A stretch of DNA of 60,507 nt, the filler included, from a bacterium (GTDB taxonomy: Bacteria; UBA9089; CG2-30-40-21; SBAY01), in NCBI GenBank assembly GCA_040757115.1. It is 3 parts of 3 records of this genome, joined end to end, with 100 filler letters (N's around TTAATTAATTAA, not from the genome) between each part and the next. Parts side by side here need not be neighbours in the genome. Positions count along the whole stretch, not along the records: positions 40,921 to 60,507 come from JBFLYA010000056.1; 2 more parts are not named here. One strand, given 5' to 3'. Under the pieces are notes generated by a model. The model made no database searches and was not told the origin of the DNA. It saw only the letters and a list, made by a program, of their open reading frames with translations. The translations under genes were made by a program, and so were the position numbers. Positions 60,382 through 60,507 of this stretch are shown in pieces (positions within the stretch are counted from its first letter, which is position 1; each line of letters starts with the position of its first letter).

Positions 60382-60507
60382 GTAAGCGTTCAGGTGGTGT
60401 AACAAAAGGAGATGTGGAGATTAAGGAGATAGGGAGATATTATTAAAAAATTGAAATTAATAGAAACTAATAGAAATTTATGGAAATTTGTTGTTTTCCA
60501 CAATCAA
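60382..60507. mobile_element. family A MITE (reverse orientation, runs off the window)
   Basis: GTAAGCGTTCAGGTGGTGTAA..., reverse complement of the 10540 end. Confidence 0.8.

Overview
Low-GC bacterial sequence made of three contigs (1-20361, 20462-40820, 40921-60507) joined by artificial N-TTAATTAATTAA-N linkers, so adjacency across the gaps carries no information. Core genes are few: metF, DUF72, a B12 radical SAM enzyme, an NTPase, priA, an ABC exporter, a sigma-54 regulator, ptsH and a broken ptsI start. There are two paralogous two-component loci (one decaying) and PorV-like, CHASE2 and FG-GAP envelope genes. The rest is a dense accessory region. It holds four NLR-like STAND NTPase loci (NACHT-HEAT-HD; HNH-STAND-TPR; RelA/SpoT + ATPase + ATPase-TPR; membrane protein + Zn-ribbon + CHAT-STAND-TPR), many intact or broken toxin-antitoxin genes, an integron cassette without an integrase and a type I R-M remnant. 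The most striking non-coding feature is a set of more than 20 nested non-autonomous elements. Their termini look like IS66 ends (GTAA...TTAC; five exact 8-bp target duplications) or TA-duplicating IS630-like ends. Their interiors are GxxExxY gene remnants, heptamer inverted arms or REP hairpins. Also notable: a tRNA gene behind its own consensus promoter with a Ser (GCU) anticodon on an Arg-like short-variable-loop body, a 102-bp palindromic element inserted in frame in an HD domain, and an 8.4-kb cargo block bounded by a duplicated bidirectional promoter. All family assignments come from motif recognition by eye; no database search was run.
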